Shown: one piece after another, positions 1 to 9,727 of the stretch
Position numbering within the stretch: the first letter of the stretch is position 1
Layout of the letters: each line of letters starts with the position of its first letter
Source: Roseovarius sp.
GTDB taxonomy: Bacteria; Pseudomonadota; Alphaproteobacteria; Rhodobacterales; Rhodobacteraceae
Direction: 5' to 3'
NCBI RefSeq assembly: GCF_048262375.1
Contig: NZ_JBLXFE010000017.1
Span: 581 to 64,580, forward strand
DNA: 64,000 nucleotides
The notes under the pieces: model-generated
Databases searched by the model: none
What the model saw: only the letters and a program-made list of their open reading frames with translations
What the model was told of the DNA's origin: nothing
Made by a program: the position numbers and the translations under genes

Positions 1-255
1 GCCGATCAGTTCCTCGCTGAAATCAATCGTGGCCCCGGACAGGAAGGGCAGGGACACGGAATCCACCACCACCTTTTGCCCCGCGCCTTCGAGAATCAGA
101 TCATCCTGCGCCGGTTGATCCAGCCGGATATCGTATTGAAAACCGGAACAGCCACCGCCCTCGACCGCGATGCGCAGGGCCTGACCCTGATTGCCTGCGC
201 CGATTTCGGCCAGACGGGCAAAGGCACGGGATGTTACCTTGGGCGGCAGTTGCAT
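1..255 (-). CDS. HesB/IscA-family Fe-S cluster insertion protein (ErpA-like); 3' end runs off the window
   Basis: Not in the ORF track. Manual translation from ATG at 255 gives MQLPPKVTSRAFARLAEIGAGNQGQALRIAVEGGGCSGFQYDIRLD...VVVDSVSLPFLSGATIDFSEELIG, containing the GGCSGFQY motif. GGAG RBS upstream. Confidence 0.9.
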   Translation of the reverse strand, partial: MQLPPKVTSRAFARLAEIGAGNQGQALRIAVEGGGCSGFQYDIRLDQPAQDDLILEGAGQKVVVDSVSLPFLSGATIDFSEELIG

Positions 256-334
256 GACGGGCTCCGGGGTGTTTTACGTTTCTGTTCAACTGCAATATAT
301 GGTCCATGGCCTCTGGCGACAAGGATATCCCGCA

Positions 335-1504
335 ATGACCGCTCTCTATGCCTCTGATCCTACTGTGATCCGGGGACGTCTTGTGCCCGAGGAGGAGAGT
401 GTGTTTCGCTCGCCCTTTCAGCGTGACCGTGACCGGATCATTCATTCCAGTGCCTTTCGCCGCCTGAAACACAAAACGCAGGTCTTTGTCGCGCATGAGG
501 GCGATTATTTTCGCACGCGGCTGACGCATTCCATCGAGGTGGCGCAGGTGGCGCGCACCATCGCCGGGGCGCTTGGGCTGAATGGCGAGTTGACCGAGGC
601 GGTGGCGCTGGCGCATGATCTGGGGCATCCGCCCTTTGCCCATGCCGGTGAGGATACGCTGAATGGGTTGATGGCGCCTTATGGCGGATTTGATCACAAC
701 GCTCAGGCGGTGCGGATCGTGACGGCGCTGGAGCGACATTACGCGGCGTTCGACGGGCTCAACCTGACATGGGAGACGTTGGAGGGGCTGGCCAAGCACA
801 ATGGCCCGGTGACGGGCGCGCTGCCTTATGCCTTGGCGGATTACAATGCGCGCCATGATCTTGAACTGCACACCCATGCCAGCGCCGAGGCGCAGGTGGC
901 GGCGCTCTCGGATGATATTGCCTATAACAACCACGATCTGCACGATGGATTGCGCGCGCGCCTGTTTACCGATGACGAAATCGCGAAGCTGCCCATCGTC
1001 GGGGACAGTTACGCCGAGGTGGATCGGCTCTATCCCGGTCTTGATCCCAAACGGCGCCGGCATGAGGCGTTGCGCCGGGTGTTCGGTGTGATGGTGGGGG
1101 ATGTGATTGACTGCTCACGCCGTGCCTTGCAAGAGGCCCGGCCAACCAGTGCCGCCGAAGTGCGTTACCTGGGCCGCCCGGTAATCCGCTTTTCGACGGG
1201 GCTGTGGGAGGATCTCAAGCAGATCCGGGCCTTTTTGTTCGCCCGGATGTACCGCGCCCCCGAAGTCAATGCGGTGCGGACGCGTGTTCACCGTGTGGTG
1301 ACGGACCTCTTTCCGCATTACCTGAATGCGCCGCAACATCTGCCAGAGGAATGGCGCAAGGATGTGGCGCAGGCTAGGGATCAAACCGCGCTCGCACGAT
1401 TGGTGAGCGATTATATTGCCGGGATGACAGATCGTTTCGCGCTGCAGGAACATGCGCGCCTGACGGGCAATCCCGATCTGATGCCCGACGCAGAAGGGCT
1501 TTGA
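335..1504 (+). CDS. dgt: Deoxyguanosinetriphosphate triphosphohydrolase (HD-domain dGTPase)
   Basis: Motifs RSPFQRDRDRIIHSSAFRRL, RTRLTHSIEV, AHDLGHPPFAH and DYIAGMTDRFA. Start moved from the track's 191 to ATG 335 (MTALYASDP). Confidence 0.93.
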   Translation: MTALYASDPTVIRGRLVPEEESVFRSPFQRDRDRIIHSSAFRRLKHKTQVFVAHEGDYFRTRLTHSIEVAQVARTIAGALGLNGELTEAVALAHDLGHPPFAHAGEDTLNGLMAPYGGFDHNAQAVRIVTALERHYAAFDGLNLTWETLEGLAKHNGPVTGALPYALADYNARHDLELHTHASAEAQVAALSDDIAYNNHDLHDGLRARLFTDDEIAKLPIVGDSYAEVDRLYPGLDPKRRRHEALRRVFGVMVGDVIDCSRRALQEARPTSAAEVRYLGRPVIRFSTGLWEDLKQIRAFLFARMYRAPEVNAVRTRVHRVVTDLFPHYLNAPQHLPEEWRKDVAQARDQTALARLVSDYIAGMTDRFALQEHARLTGNPDLMPDAEGL

Positions 1505-1550
1505 CGCTCTGTGATCGGGTCTTTGTGTCGAGGGCGCGCGCGGCTTGTGA

Positions 1551-1581
1551 TTGACGCGCCTCTCGCCAGTGGGTAACCCAC
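1551..1581 (+). promoter_or_regulatory. Putative sigma70 promoter of argS, overlapped by a 13-bp palindrome
   Basis: TTGACG (1551-1556), 17-bp spacer, TAACCC (1574-1579). GTGGGT-A-ACCCAC at 1569-1581. Confidence 0.4.
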
Positions 1582-1605
1582 CGCAATGCAGCAAGGATAG
1601 CTTTT

Positions 1606-3351
1606 ATGAACCTTTTTACCGATATTCGCGACCTCGTGCTGGAAACGTTGGCTGCGATGCAGGCCGGGGGCCAGTTGCCAGAGGGGCTGGATCTGGCCAA
1701 TGTCACGGTCGAGCCACCGCGCGACCCTGCGCATGGCGACATGGCAACCAACGCGGCGATGGTGCTGGCCAAGCCTGCCGGGCTGAAGCCGCGCGATATC
1801 GCCGATGCGCTGGCGGCACGGCTGGCGGATGATCCTCGGATCGACAGCGCCGACGTGGCGGGACCGGGGTTTCTCAATCTGCGGCTGTCGCCGGTGCTCT
1901 GGCAAAGTGTGACGCAGGCCGCCCTGAAAGAAGGCGTGAATTTCGGCCGCTCGACAATGGGGAAGGGCAAGCGCGTCAATGTGGAATATGTCAGCGCCAA
2001 TCCCACCGGTCCGCTGCATGTGGGGCACACCCGCGGTGCGGTTTTTGGCGACGCTTTGGCGAGCCTCTTGGATTTCGTCGGCTATGAGGTCACGCGGGAA
2101 TATTACATCAACGACGGCGGCGCACAGGTCGACGTGCTCGCGCGGTCGGTCTATCTGCGCTATCTTGAAGCGCATGGGCAGGCGGTGGCCTTTGCCGATG
2201 GCACCTATCCCGGCGATTATCTGATCGAGGTGGGCGAGGCTCTTAAGGCCGAGGTCGGGGATGCCTATCTGGACGAGCCTGAGAATGTCTGGCTGGAACC
2301 GATCCGCGACTTTGCCACGGATCGTATGATGGCGCTCATCCGCGAGGATCTGGCGGCGCTTGGCGTCAAGATGGACGTGTTCTATTCGGAAAAATCGCTC
2401 TATGGCACGGGCCGGATCGAAGCGGCCATTGAGGATTTGCGGGGCAAGGGCCTGATCTATCGCGGTGTGCTGGAGCCCCCCAAGGGCAAGATGCCCGAGG
2501 ACTGGGAGCCGCGCGAACAGACGCTGTTCAAATCAACCGAACATGGCGATGACGTGGATCGCCCGATCATGAAATCTGACGGCGGATGGACCTATTTCGC
2601 GCCCGATATCGCCTATCATTATGACAAGATCAGCCGGGGTTTTGACCTGCTGATCGACGTGTTCGGCGCGGATCATGGCGGCTATGTCAAACGGATGAAG
2701 GCGGCGGTCTCGGCGCTGTCCAATGGGCGGGTGCCGGTCGATATAAAGCTTTGCCAATTGGTCAAGCTCTACAAGAATGGCGAGCCGTTCAAGATGTCAA
2801 AGCGGGCGGGCACCTTTGTCACGCTGCGCGACGTGGTGGATCTGGTCGGTGCGGATGTGACGCGCTTTGTGATGCTCACGCGCAAGAATGACGCGCCCTT
2901 GGATTTCGATTTCGACAAGGTGCTGGAGCAATCCAAGGACAATCCGGTGTTCTATGTGCAATATGCCAATGCGCGGGTGAATTCGGTGCTGCGCAAGGCG
3001 TCGGAGGCCGGGATTGCGGTGGACGATGCCACGCTGGCGCAGGCTGATTTGTCGGGGCTGAGCCACGAGGCAGAACTCAACGTCGCGCGCAAGATCGCCG
3101 AATGGCCACGTCTGGTTGAGATTGCTGGCCGCACCAACGAGCCGCACCGCGTGGCGTTCTATCTCTATGATCTGGCGTCTGATCTGCACAGCCTGTGGAA
3201 CCGGGGCAATGACGATCCGTCCTTGCGCTTCATCCAAGAGGGCGACTTTGCCACGTCACAGGCGAAAATCGCCCTCGCGCGTGCTGTAACCGTTGTTATT
3301 TCCTCTGGTCTTGGTATTCTGGGCGTAACTCCGGCGGAAGAGATGCGTTAA
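1606..3351 (+). CDS. argS: Arginine--tRNA ligase
   Basis: 581 aa. VEYVSANPTGPLHVGH (HIGH motif), KMSKR (KMSKS-type motif), GILGV C-terminus. Confidence 0.98.
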   Translation: MNLFTDIRDLVLETLAAMQAGGQLPEGLDLANVTVEPPRDPAHGDMATNAAMVLAKPAGLKPRDIADALAARLADDPRIDSADVAGPGFLNLRLSPVLWQSVTQAALKEGVNFGRSTMGKGKRVNVEYVSANPTGPLHVGHTRGAVFGDALASLLDFVGYEVTREYYINDGGAQVDVLARSVYLRYLEAHGQAVAFADGTYPGDYLIEVGEALKAEVGDAYLDEPENVWLEPIRDFATDRMMALIREDLAALGVKMDVFYSEKSLYGTGRIEAAIEDLRGKGLIYRGVLEPPKGKMPEDWEPREQTLFKSTEHGDDVDRPIMKSDGGWTYFAPDIAYHYDKISRGFDLLIDVFGADHGGYVKRMKAAVSALSNGRVPVDIKLCQLVKLYKNGEPFKMSKRAGTFVTLRDVVDLVGADVTRFVMLTRKNDAPLDFDFDKVLEQSKDNPVFYVQYANARVNSVLRKASEAGIAVDDATLAQADLSGLSHEAELNVARKIAEWPRLVEIAGRTNEPHRVAFYLYDLASDLHSLWNRGNDDPSLRFIQEGDFATSQAKIALARAVTVVISSGLGILGVTPAEEMR

Positions 3352-3426
3352 CGCACCAAAGCCGGGGGTGAGGCGGATCACGACATCCCCGGCGGCCATA
3401 CACCGCCGGAGAGCAAGAGGCGGACA

Positions 3427-4368
3427 ATGGCAGACAGGCACTATGCACGGCCCGAGGCAGGGCCTGAGCGGGCGAATTTTATTGTCAGGCTGACAAATCT
3501 GACCGGGGCGGTTCTATCACTCGCGCTTGTCGCGGGGGTGGGTGTCTGGGGTTACAAGATGATTATGCGTGACGTGTCCGGCGTGCCGGTGGTGCGCGCC
3601 ACGCAAGGACCGATGCGCGAGGCCCCCGCCGATCCCGGAGGGGACGCCGCCGCCCATCAGGGGCTGGCGGTCAATGCGGTTGCGGCCGAAGGCACCGCGG
3701 CGGCTCCTGCGGACAGGCTGGTTCTGGCGCCACCGCCGCTCGAATTGTCGTTGGACGATGTGATGCCGCTGACACAAGCGTCTGCTGTGATCGACGCGCG
3801 GCCCACGGCAGAGGCGGCGGAGCGTGATCCATCGGCCGCCCCAGAACAGATACGCAAAGCCTCTGTTCTGGCGCTCGCGGATCAGATCGCAGCCGGTGTC
3901 GCGCCGATTGCTCCGCTAAAAGAAGACGTGACTGAGCCTGATGCGGCGGAATCCCCGGAGGCTGAGATTGAAGCCGTGGCGACCCGGAGCGCAGCCCCGG
4001 TGACGCGCCCGCGCGCGCGCCCGGCCTCGCTGACCTCTGTATCGGATGCCGTTGCCTATGCCGTGGCGGCCGCGCGATCCGCCCCATTGGACGAGGTGGA
4101 TGCGGCAACAATTCCGCTTGGCACGCGTCTGGCCCAGCTTGGGGCGTTTGATTCCGCCGAGGTGGCGCGTGCGGAATGGGACCGGCTTTCTGGTCGGTTT
4201 GGGGATTTCATGGAAGGCAAACAGCGTGTGATCCAGCGCGCGGAAAGCGGCGGGCGCACCTTTTACCGGTTGCGCGCCATGGGCTTTGCCGATCTGGGCG
4301 ACGCGCGGCGGTTTTGTTCGGCGCTGGTGGCGGAACGGGCCGAGTGTATCCCTGTGGTTACGCGGTGA
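3427..4368 (+). CDS. SPOR-domain cell-division protein
   Basis: N-terminal TM segment, low-complexity linker, C-terminal QLGAFDSAEVARAEW...FYRLRAMGF SPOR domain. Conserved argS-SPOR-nagZ-scpAB order. Confidence 0.88.
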   Translation: MADRHYARPEAGPERANFIVRLTNLTGAVLSLALVAGVGVWGYKMIMRDVSGVPVVRATQGPMREAPADPGGDAAAHQGLAVNAVAAEGTAAAPADRLVLAPPPLELSLDDVMPLTQASAVIDARPTAEAAERDPSAAPEQIRKASVLALADQIAAGVAPIAPLKEDVTEPDAAESPEAEIEAVATRSAAPVTRPRARPASLTSVSDAVAYAVAAARSAPLDEVDAATIPLGTRLAQLGAFDSAEVARAEWDRLSGRFGDFMEGKQRVIQRAESGGRTFYRLRAMGFADLGDARRFCSALVAERAECIPVVTR

Positions 4369-5372
4369 CGCGGTTCGGTGCGACGATCCTCGATGCCGAG
4401 GGTCTGCGGCTTAGCTCAGAGGAAAAAGCGTTCTTTCGCGATACGCGGCCGTTTGGCTTTATTCTCTTTGCCCGTAACATCGACAGCCCGGATCAGGTGC
4501 GCGCGCTCTGCGCCGAGATGCGCGAGGCGGTTGGGCACAATGCGCTGATCACCATTGATCAGGAAGGTGGCCGCGTGCAGCGTTTGCGCGCACCGCTCTG
4601 GCGCGAATGGCCAGCCCCTCTGGATCACGCCGAGATGGCGGGCGCGCAGGCGAAAACCGCGATGTATCTGCGATACCGGCTGATTGCGGCAGAGTTGCAC
4701 GACCTTGGCATCGACAGCAATTGTGCGCCGCTGGTTGACGTGGCGGGGCCTGCGACGCATCCATTTCTGCGCAACCGGTGTTATGGAACTGATCCCCATA
4801 CGGTGGCGCAGCTTGGCCGTGCGGTGGCGCATGGGCTTCTGGACGGTGGCGTATTGCCGGTGGTGAAACATATCCCCGGCCACGGTCGCGCCGAGGCTGA
4901 CAGCCACCATGATCTGCCGGTGGTTACAGCCCCGCATTCCGTGCTGAGCGAGAGCGATTTTGCGCCGTTTCGCGCGTTGAACAACCTGCCGTTGGGTATG
5001 ACCGCGCATTTGGTCTATTCGGCGATTGACCCTGAGCCGGCGACGTTGTCGCGGCGCATGATGCAGGTGATCCGCGACGAGATCGGCTTTGACGGGGTGA
5101 TCATGACCGATGACATTTCGATGAAAGCGTTGCATGGCAGCTTGTCCGACCTGTCGCGCGCAGCGCTTGCGGCGGGCTGTGATGTGATCCTGCACTGCAA
5201 TGGCACGCTGGCCGAGCGACAAGCGGTGGCTGAGGCGGCGGGCGAGATGACCGACGCGGCACAGGTACGGGCAATCCGTGCGCTGACATGGCGCAAGACC
5301 CCCGATGCGATTGACATTTCCGCCCTCTCGGCACAGCTTGATGCGCTGACGGGCGGGTGTGCGCATGGCTGA
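4365..5372 (+). CDS. nagZ: Beta-N-acetylhexosaminidase (GH3)
   Basis: IDQEGGRVQRL, KHIPGHGRAEADSH and MTDDISM motifs. GTG start at 4365 overlaps the SPOR gene stop. Confidence 0.93.
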   Translation: MTRFGATILDAEGLRLSSEEKAFFRDTRPFGFILFARNIDSPDQVRALCAEMREAVGHNALITIDQEGGRVQRLRAPLWREWPAPLDHAEMAGAQAKTAMYLRYRLIAAELHDLGIDSNCAPLVDVAGPATHPFLRNRCYGTDPHTVAQLGRAVAHGLLDGGVLPVVKHIPGHGRAEADSHHDLPVVTAPHSVLSESDFAPFRALNNLPLGMTAHLVYSAIDPEPATLSRRMMQVIRDEIGFDGVIMTDDISMKALHGSLSDLSRAALAAGCDVILHCNGTLAERQAVAEAAGEMTDAAQVRAIRALTWRKTPDAIDISALSAQLDALTGGCAHG

Positions 5373-6153
5373 GGACGATTTCGAGAACACAGACAAGCCC
5401 GCGCGCGTGGCCGAACGGTTGGCGGCTGAGGCGCTGATCGTCGATGTTGACGGGTTTGAAGGGCCGCTGGACCTGCTGTTGACGCTGAGCCGGACCCAAA
5501 AGGTGGACTTGCGCAAAATTTCGGTGCTGGATCTGGCGCGGCAATATCTGGCATTTGTCGAACAGGCCAAGGCGCTGCGGCTGGAATTGGCGGCGGATTA
5601 TCTGGTGATGGCGGCGTGGCTCGCCTTTCTTAAGTCACGGCTGTTGTTGCCGCCTGATCCCTCTGAAGAGGGGCCATCGGGCGAGGATCTTGCCGCGCAT
5701 CTGGCGTTTCAGCTTGAGCGCCTGCAGGCGATGCGCGATTGCGCGGCGCGGCTGATGGGCCGTGACCGGCTGGGGCGGGATTTCTTTGCGCGCGGTATTC
5801 CCGAAGATGTGGCACGGCTGCGGCGGGTCACCTATACGGCGACGCTGCTCGATCTCATGCAGGGCTATGCGCGCATTCGGACGCGGGATGAGTTTCGTCC
5901 ATTTGTCATGGATCGTGACGCGCTGTTCACCATGGAACAAGCGCTGGAGCGGATGCGCGGGCTGATCGGTTTTGCCGGCACATGGACGGATATCGTGAGC
6001 TATCTGCCCGATGGATTTACCCGCGATCCGGTGCGGCGGCGTTCGGCCACGGCTTCGACCTTTGCGGCGGCGCTGGAACTGGTCAAGGAAGGGCGCGCAG
6101 AGCTAAGACAAGCAGAGGTTTTCGCGCCGATCGAGCTGCGCCGCAAGGATTAA
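5365..6153 (+). CDS. scpA: Segregation and condensation protein A
   Basis: FEGPLDLLL, AADYLVMAAWLAFLKSRLLLP and TFAAALEL motifs. Confidence 0.95.
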   Translation: MAEDDFENTDKPARVAERLAAEALIVDVDGFEGPLDLLLTLSRTQKVDLRKISVLDLARQYLAFVEQAKALRLELAADYLVMAAWLAFLKSRLLLPPDPSEEGPSGEDLAAHLAFQLERLQAMRDCAARLMGRDRLGRDFFARGIPEDVARLRRVTYTATLLDLMQGYARIRTRDEFRPFVMDRDALFTMEQALERMRGLIGFAGTWTDIVSYLPDGFTRDPVRRRSATASTFAAALELVKEGRAELRQAEVFAPIELRRKD

Positions 6154-6157
6154 GAGA

Positions 6158-6817
6158 ATGTCGGAAGCACCTGTAGAAAAAGAAAAAAGCCTGTTTGAGG
6201 CCCCGCCAATTGCGGAGCAGGAGCGCATGATTGAGGCGATGCTCTTTGCGAGCGCGGAGCCGCTCACGACCCGTGACATGGCCGAGCGCATGCCGCATGG
6301 CAGCGACCCCGCCGAGGCATTGGTGCATCTGCGCAAACGTTACGAAGGGCGCGGCGTGCGGGTGGTCAAGGTCGGCGATGCCTGGGCGATGCGCACAGCG
6401 CCGGACCTTGGTTATCTGATGAGCCGTGAGACGATCGAGACCCGCAAGCTGAGCCGGGCCGCCATCGAGACTCTGGCGATCATCGCCTATCATCAGCCGG
6501 TAACCCGCGCGGAAATCGAAGAGATCCGTGGTGTTGCGGTCAGTCGGGGCACGGTTGATCAACTGCTGGAGATGGAGTGGATCCGGTTTGGACGGCGCAA
6601 GATGACGCCGGGGCGACCGGTGACATTTGTCGTGACGCAAGAATTTCTGGATCATTTCGGGCTGGAGAGTGCGCGCGATCTGCCCGGGCTCAAGGAATTG
6701 CGGGCCGCCGGTCTCTTGGACAATCGTCCGCCGCCGGGAACCATGCCTCAGATGGGCAGTGGGGATAGCGACGAGGACGAAGGTGCGCCGGGACAGAACG
6801 AGCTCTTTGAGGATTGA
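6158..6817 (+). CDS. scpB: Segregation and condensation protein B
   Basis: LSRAAIETLAIIAYHQPVTRAEIEEIRGV; FLDHFGLESARDLP. Confidence 0.96.
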   Translation: MSEAPVEKEKSLFEAPPIAEQERMIEAMLFASAEPLTTRDMAERMPHGSDPAEALVHLRKRYEGRGVRVVKVGDAWAMRTAPDLGYLMSRETIETRKLSRAAIETLAIIAYHQPVTRAEIEEIRGVAVSRGTVDQLLEMEWIRFGRRKMTPGRPVTFVVTQEFLDHFGLESARDLPGLKELRAAGLLDNRPPPGTMPQMGSGDSDEDEGAPGQNELFED

Positions 6818-6953
6818 GCGTGGCGTGTCGCAACCTACGACGCGCGTAATTGCGTCAAGGACAAGCGGTTTGAGCGAAAATTGTCAGTTTGCCCTGAAAT
6901 GGGCATGGTTTGATGATATCGATCGCCCGGAGGCAGCAAGAGGGAGCAGCAAA

Positions 6954-7136
6954 ATGAACGCCAATCAGATGATCAATATGGTCGTTCGCATGATCCTCCG
7001 GCAGGTTATGCGCAGCGGCATGAATGCAGTGAGCAAGCGCATGAACACTGGCAGAGGTCCCGCGCCCGATGTCCAGAAAACCGTGCAGCGCGGCCGTCAG
7101 ACGATGAAACCGGGGCGTAAAACCGGTCTGTTCTGA
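6954..7136 (+). CDS. Small basic hypothetical protein (60 aa)
   Basis: MNANQMINMVVRMILRQVMRSGMNAVSKRM...; ATG preceded by AGGGAG at a plausible RBS distance; fills the scpB-dcd gap. Confidence 0.65.
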   Translation: MNANQMINMVVRMILRQVMRSGMNAVSKRMNTGRGPAPDVQKTVQRGRQTMKPGRKTGLF

Positions 7137-7141
7137 GGTCG

Positions 7142-8215
7142 TTACGCCTTGAAATGTTTGGAAAGTTTCAGGCCCTGACCCTGATAGTTCGAGGCAATAC
7201 CCGCACCATAGAGTTGATCGGGCACGCGGTCCATGTGTTCATAGACAAGCCGTCCCACGATCTGGCCGTGTTCCAGCACGAAGGGTGCCTCGTGGCAGCG
7301 CACTTCGAGCACGCCGCGTGAGCCGGTGCCACCGGCGGCGGCATGGCCGAATCCGGGATCGAAGAAACCGGCGTAATGCACCCGGAATTCCCCAACCATG
7401 GCCACATAGGGGGCCATTTCTGCGGCACATTCGGGCGGGATATGCACCGCCTCGCGGCTGACGAGAATATAGAAGGCACCGGGATCGAGAATGATCTGGC
7501 CGTTGTCGGAATGCACCTCTTCCCAATAGGCGGCGGGATCGTAATACCCGATCCGGTCAAGGTCGATCACGCCGGTATGTGGTTTGGCGCGGTAGCCGAC
7601 GAGCGTGCCGGACGCAGGGCGCAGATCAACCGAGAAGCCGAGCCCCTCATCAATCACGGCGGTCCCATCCACCAAAGGCGTCTGCGCGTGCAGCGCGCGC
7701 AAGCCGTCATCCGAAAGCACCGCTTGCCCGGCACGAAAGCGGATCTGATTGAGGCGCATGCCGGGACGCACCAGCACCGAGAATGATCTGGGGCAAATTT
7801 CGGCGTAGAGTGGCCCCGTATAGCCGGGGGCCACGCGGTCAAATTCGACGCCGCCATCGGTTATGAGTCGGGTCAGAAGATCAAGCCGTCCGGTTGAGGA
7901 TTTGGCATTGGCGACCGCCTGCACGCCCAAGGGTAGGGCGAGGGATTCCATGAGCGGCACAACGTAGACACAGCCTTTTTCCAGCACCGCACCGGCGCTG
8001 AGATCGATCCTGTGCATTTCGAATTCTGACAACCGGCTGGACACGGTCCGTCCGGCCCCGGTGAGGAAAGAGGCACGCACCCGATAGGCCATTTGCCCGA
8101 GGCGCAAATCGAGGCTGGCGGGTTGTACCTGTTCGTTCAGGATCGCTGGGTCAGCCGTCAACTGGCGGCCCGCGATCATATCGCGAATTTGCTGGCTGGA
8201 AAGAACCCCGGTCAT
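7142..8215 (-). CDS. dcd: dCTP deaminase (long alphaproteobacterial form)
   Basis: QPASLDLRLG, NAKSSTGRLD, HYAGFFDPGFG and YQGQGLKLSKHF. Start at ATG 8215 (MTGVLSSQQIRDMI). Confidence 0.92.
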   Translation of the reverse strand: MTGVLSSQQIRDMIAGRQLTADPAILNEQVQPASLDLRLGQMAYRVRASFLTGAGRTVSSRLSEFEMHRIDLSAGAVLEKGCVYVVPLMESLALPLGVQAVANAKSSTGRLDLLTRLITDGGVEFDRVAPGYTGPLYAEICPRSFSVLVRPGMRLNQIRFRAGQAVLSDDGLRALHAQTPLVDGTAVIDEGLGFSVDLRPASGTLVGYRAKPHTGVIDLDRIGYYDPAAYWEEVHSDNGQIILDPGAFYILVSREAVHIPPECAAEMAPYVAMVGEFRVHYAGFFDPGFGHAAAGGTGSRGVLEVRCHEAPFVLEHGQIVGRLVYEHMDRVPDQLYGAGIASNYQGQGLKLSKHFKA

Positions 8216-8289
8216 CACTGCCCCCTTGCTGCCCCGCATCCGGGACAGGGTGCCCGAGGGGCCCAGGCGGGCGGGATCGTCGGTAGATT

Positions 8290-8366
8290 TGGTCGGGCTA
8301 GCAGGACTTGAACCTGCGACCTTCCGTCCCCCAGACGGACGCGCTACCAGGCTGCGCTATAGCCCG
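8290..8366 (-). tRNA. tRNA-Pro(GGG)
   Basis: Reverse complement CGGGCTATAGCGCAGCCTGGTAGCGCGTCCGTCTGGGGGACGGAAGGTCGCAGGTTCAAGTCCTGCTAGCCCGACCA forms a cloverleaf with anticodon GGG, a GTTCAAG T-loop and encoded CCA. Confidence 0.97.
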
Positions 8367-8433
8367 ACGATGGGCTGTTCATAGCGATTTTGACCGGCGG
8401 GGCAAGAGGTAAATCCCGAATTTTGGTAGGGAT

Positions 8434-9300
8434 TTACCGCTCTCTCGTGTTGGGGGCTGTCTGTGCCTTGAGCGCCGCAACAAGCGGCGCGAGGCGGGCG
8501 GCGATTTCCGGTGAAATCGGCCGGGGCAGAGCGCTGAGGGCTGTCAGCAATCCGGGTGGGGTGTCGAGGCTATCGGCGGGATCCTCGGGCAAATCAGGCT
8601 GTGTCAGGGGGGCTGGTCCAGCCTGTTCCACCGGTTCTGACGCGTCGGCTGGGACAGGCGGCTGATCTGGAGCTGACACTATGACGGGACTATCTTCTCG
8701 GTCCGGTGTTGGCTCGGCCTCTGGTTCCGGAGAGCCGGTGGGGGCGTCATCCGCAGGTGACAGAGCCTCTGGCTTAGCTTCGGGCGCGGCGAGCGGAGCA
8801 TCCTCATCAGTGTCCTGAGGCGTCTGTGGGGGGGGATTCTCGATCGCGGCATCGTCAAGGGCGATACTGTCGTCAGTCGTGACCGGGGCGGTTGTCTCGG
8901 CGTCGTCTGGTTCAGGACCCGATCCCGAGGTGTCAGACCGTGCGAAGGCCAGCACGTCGGCAGGGCGCGCCGGATCTGTGGCTACATCAAGCGCGATACC
9001 ACTTAGCTCTTCGTGGGATTCGTCGTCCAAGGATGGCGACAGGCGACATACCTCCTGAATACCATGCTCGCGCAGATACTTTTGCGCACCCTTGATTGTC
9101 ATGCCCTGATCGTGCAGCAGCACCTTGATGCCACCCAAGAGTGACATGTCCGCCGGGCGGTAGTAACGCCGCCCGCCGGCGCGTTTGACCGGCTTGATCT
9201 GAGTGAACTTGCTTTCCCAGAATCTCAGAACATGCGCCGGGACTTCAAGCCATTCCGCGACTTCGCTAATGGTTCGAAAGGCGTCGGCGGCTTTGCCCAT
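8434..9300 (-). CDS. MerR-family HTH regulator with a long acidic Pro-rich C-terminal tail
   Basis: [25 protein letters not shown]...GGRRYYRP. Usual position downstream of ihfA. Confidence 0.9.
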   Translation of the reverse strand: MGKAADAFRTISEVAEWLEVPAHVLRFWESKFTQIKPVKRAGGRRYYRPADMSLLGGIKVLLHDQGMTIKGAQKYLREHGIQEVCRLSPSLDDESHEELSGIALDVATDPARPADVLAFARSDTSGSGPEPDDAETTAPVTTDDSIALDDAAIENPPPQTPQDTDEDAPLAAPEAKPEALSPADDAPTGSPEPEAEPTPDREDSPVIVSAPDQPPVPADASEPVEQAGPAPLTQPDLPEDPADSLDTPPGLLTALSALPRPISPEIAARLAPLVAALKAQTAPNTRER

Positions 9301-9314
9301 AAGCGGCGGTATCC

Positions 9315-9617
9315 TCAGCTTTTGGTGCCGTCGGCGACGCGGTCTTTCATCAGGTGGGAGGGCCGAAAGGTCAAAACCCGACGCGGGTTGATCGGCACTT
9401 CTTCGCCCGTCTTGGGATTGCGCCCTACACGGGCGGTTTTGTCACGCACCGAGAAGGTGCCAAAGGACGATATCTTGACCTGCTCGCCGCGCACCAGAGC
9501 GTCGGACATATGGTCCAGAACACTCTCAACCAGTTGGGCCGCATCGTTGCGCGACAATCCAACTTCGCGAAAAACAGCCTCGCTCAAATCCATCCGTGTC
9601 AACGTTTTGTCGGTCAT
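9315..9617 (-). CDS. ihfA: Integration host factor subunit alpha
   Basis: [11 protein letters not shown]...[41 protein letters not shown]. Confidence 0.97.
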   Translation of the reverse strand: MTDKTLTRMDLSEAVFREVGLSRNDAAQLVESVLDHMSDALVRGEQVKISSFGTFSVRDKTARVGRNPKTGEEVPINPRRVLTFRPSHLMKDRVADGTKS

Positions 9618-9727
9618 CACATCCCCGCGATTTTTTTCAACACATTGCGGCGAAGAGATTTCCGAGTCAATCTCAACAACTTACAGGCAGAGATTAACCT
9701 GCATATTTCCGCGCATTTTGGCGGAAA

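Noticed and set aside
335-1504. dGTPase as an anti-phage defence gene
   Set aside because: It sits in the conserved erpA-dgt-argS housekeeping context with no defence genes nearby.
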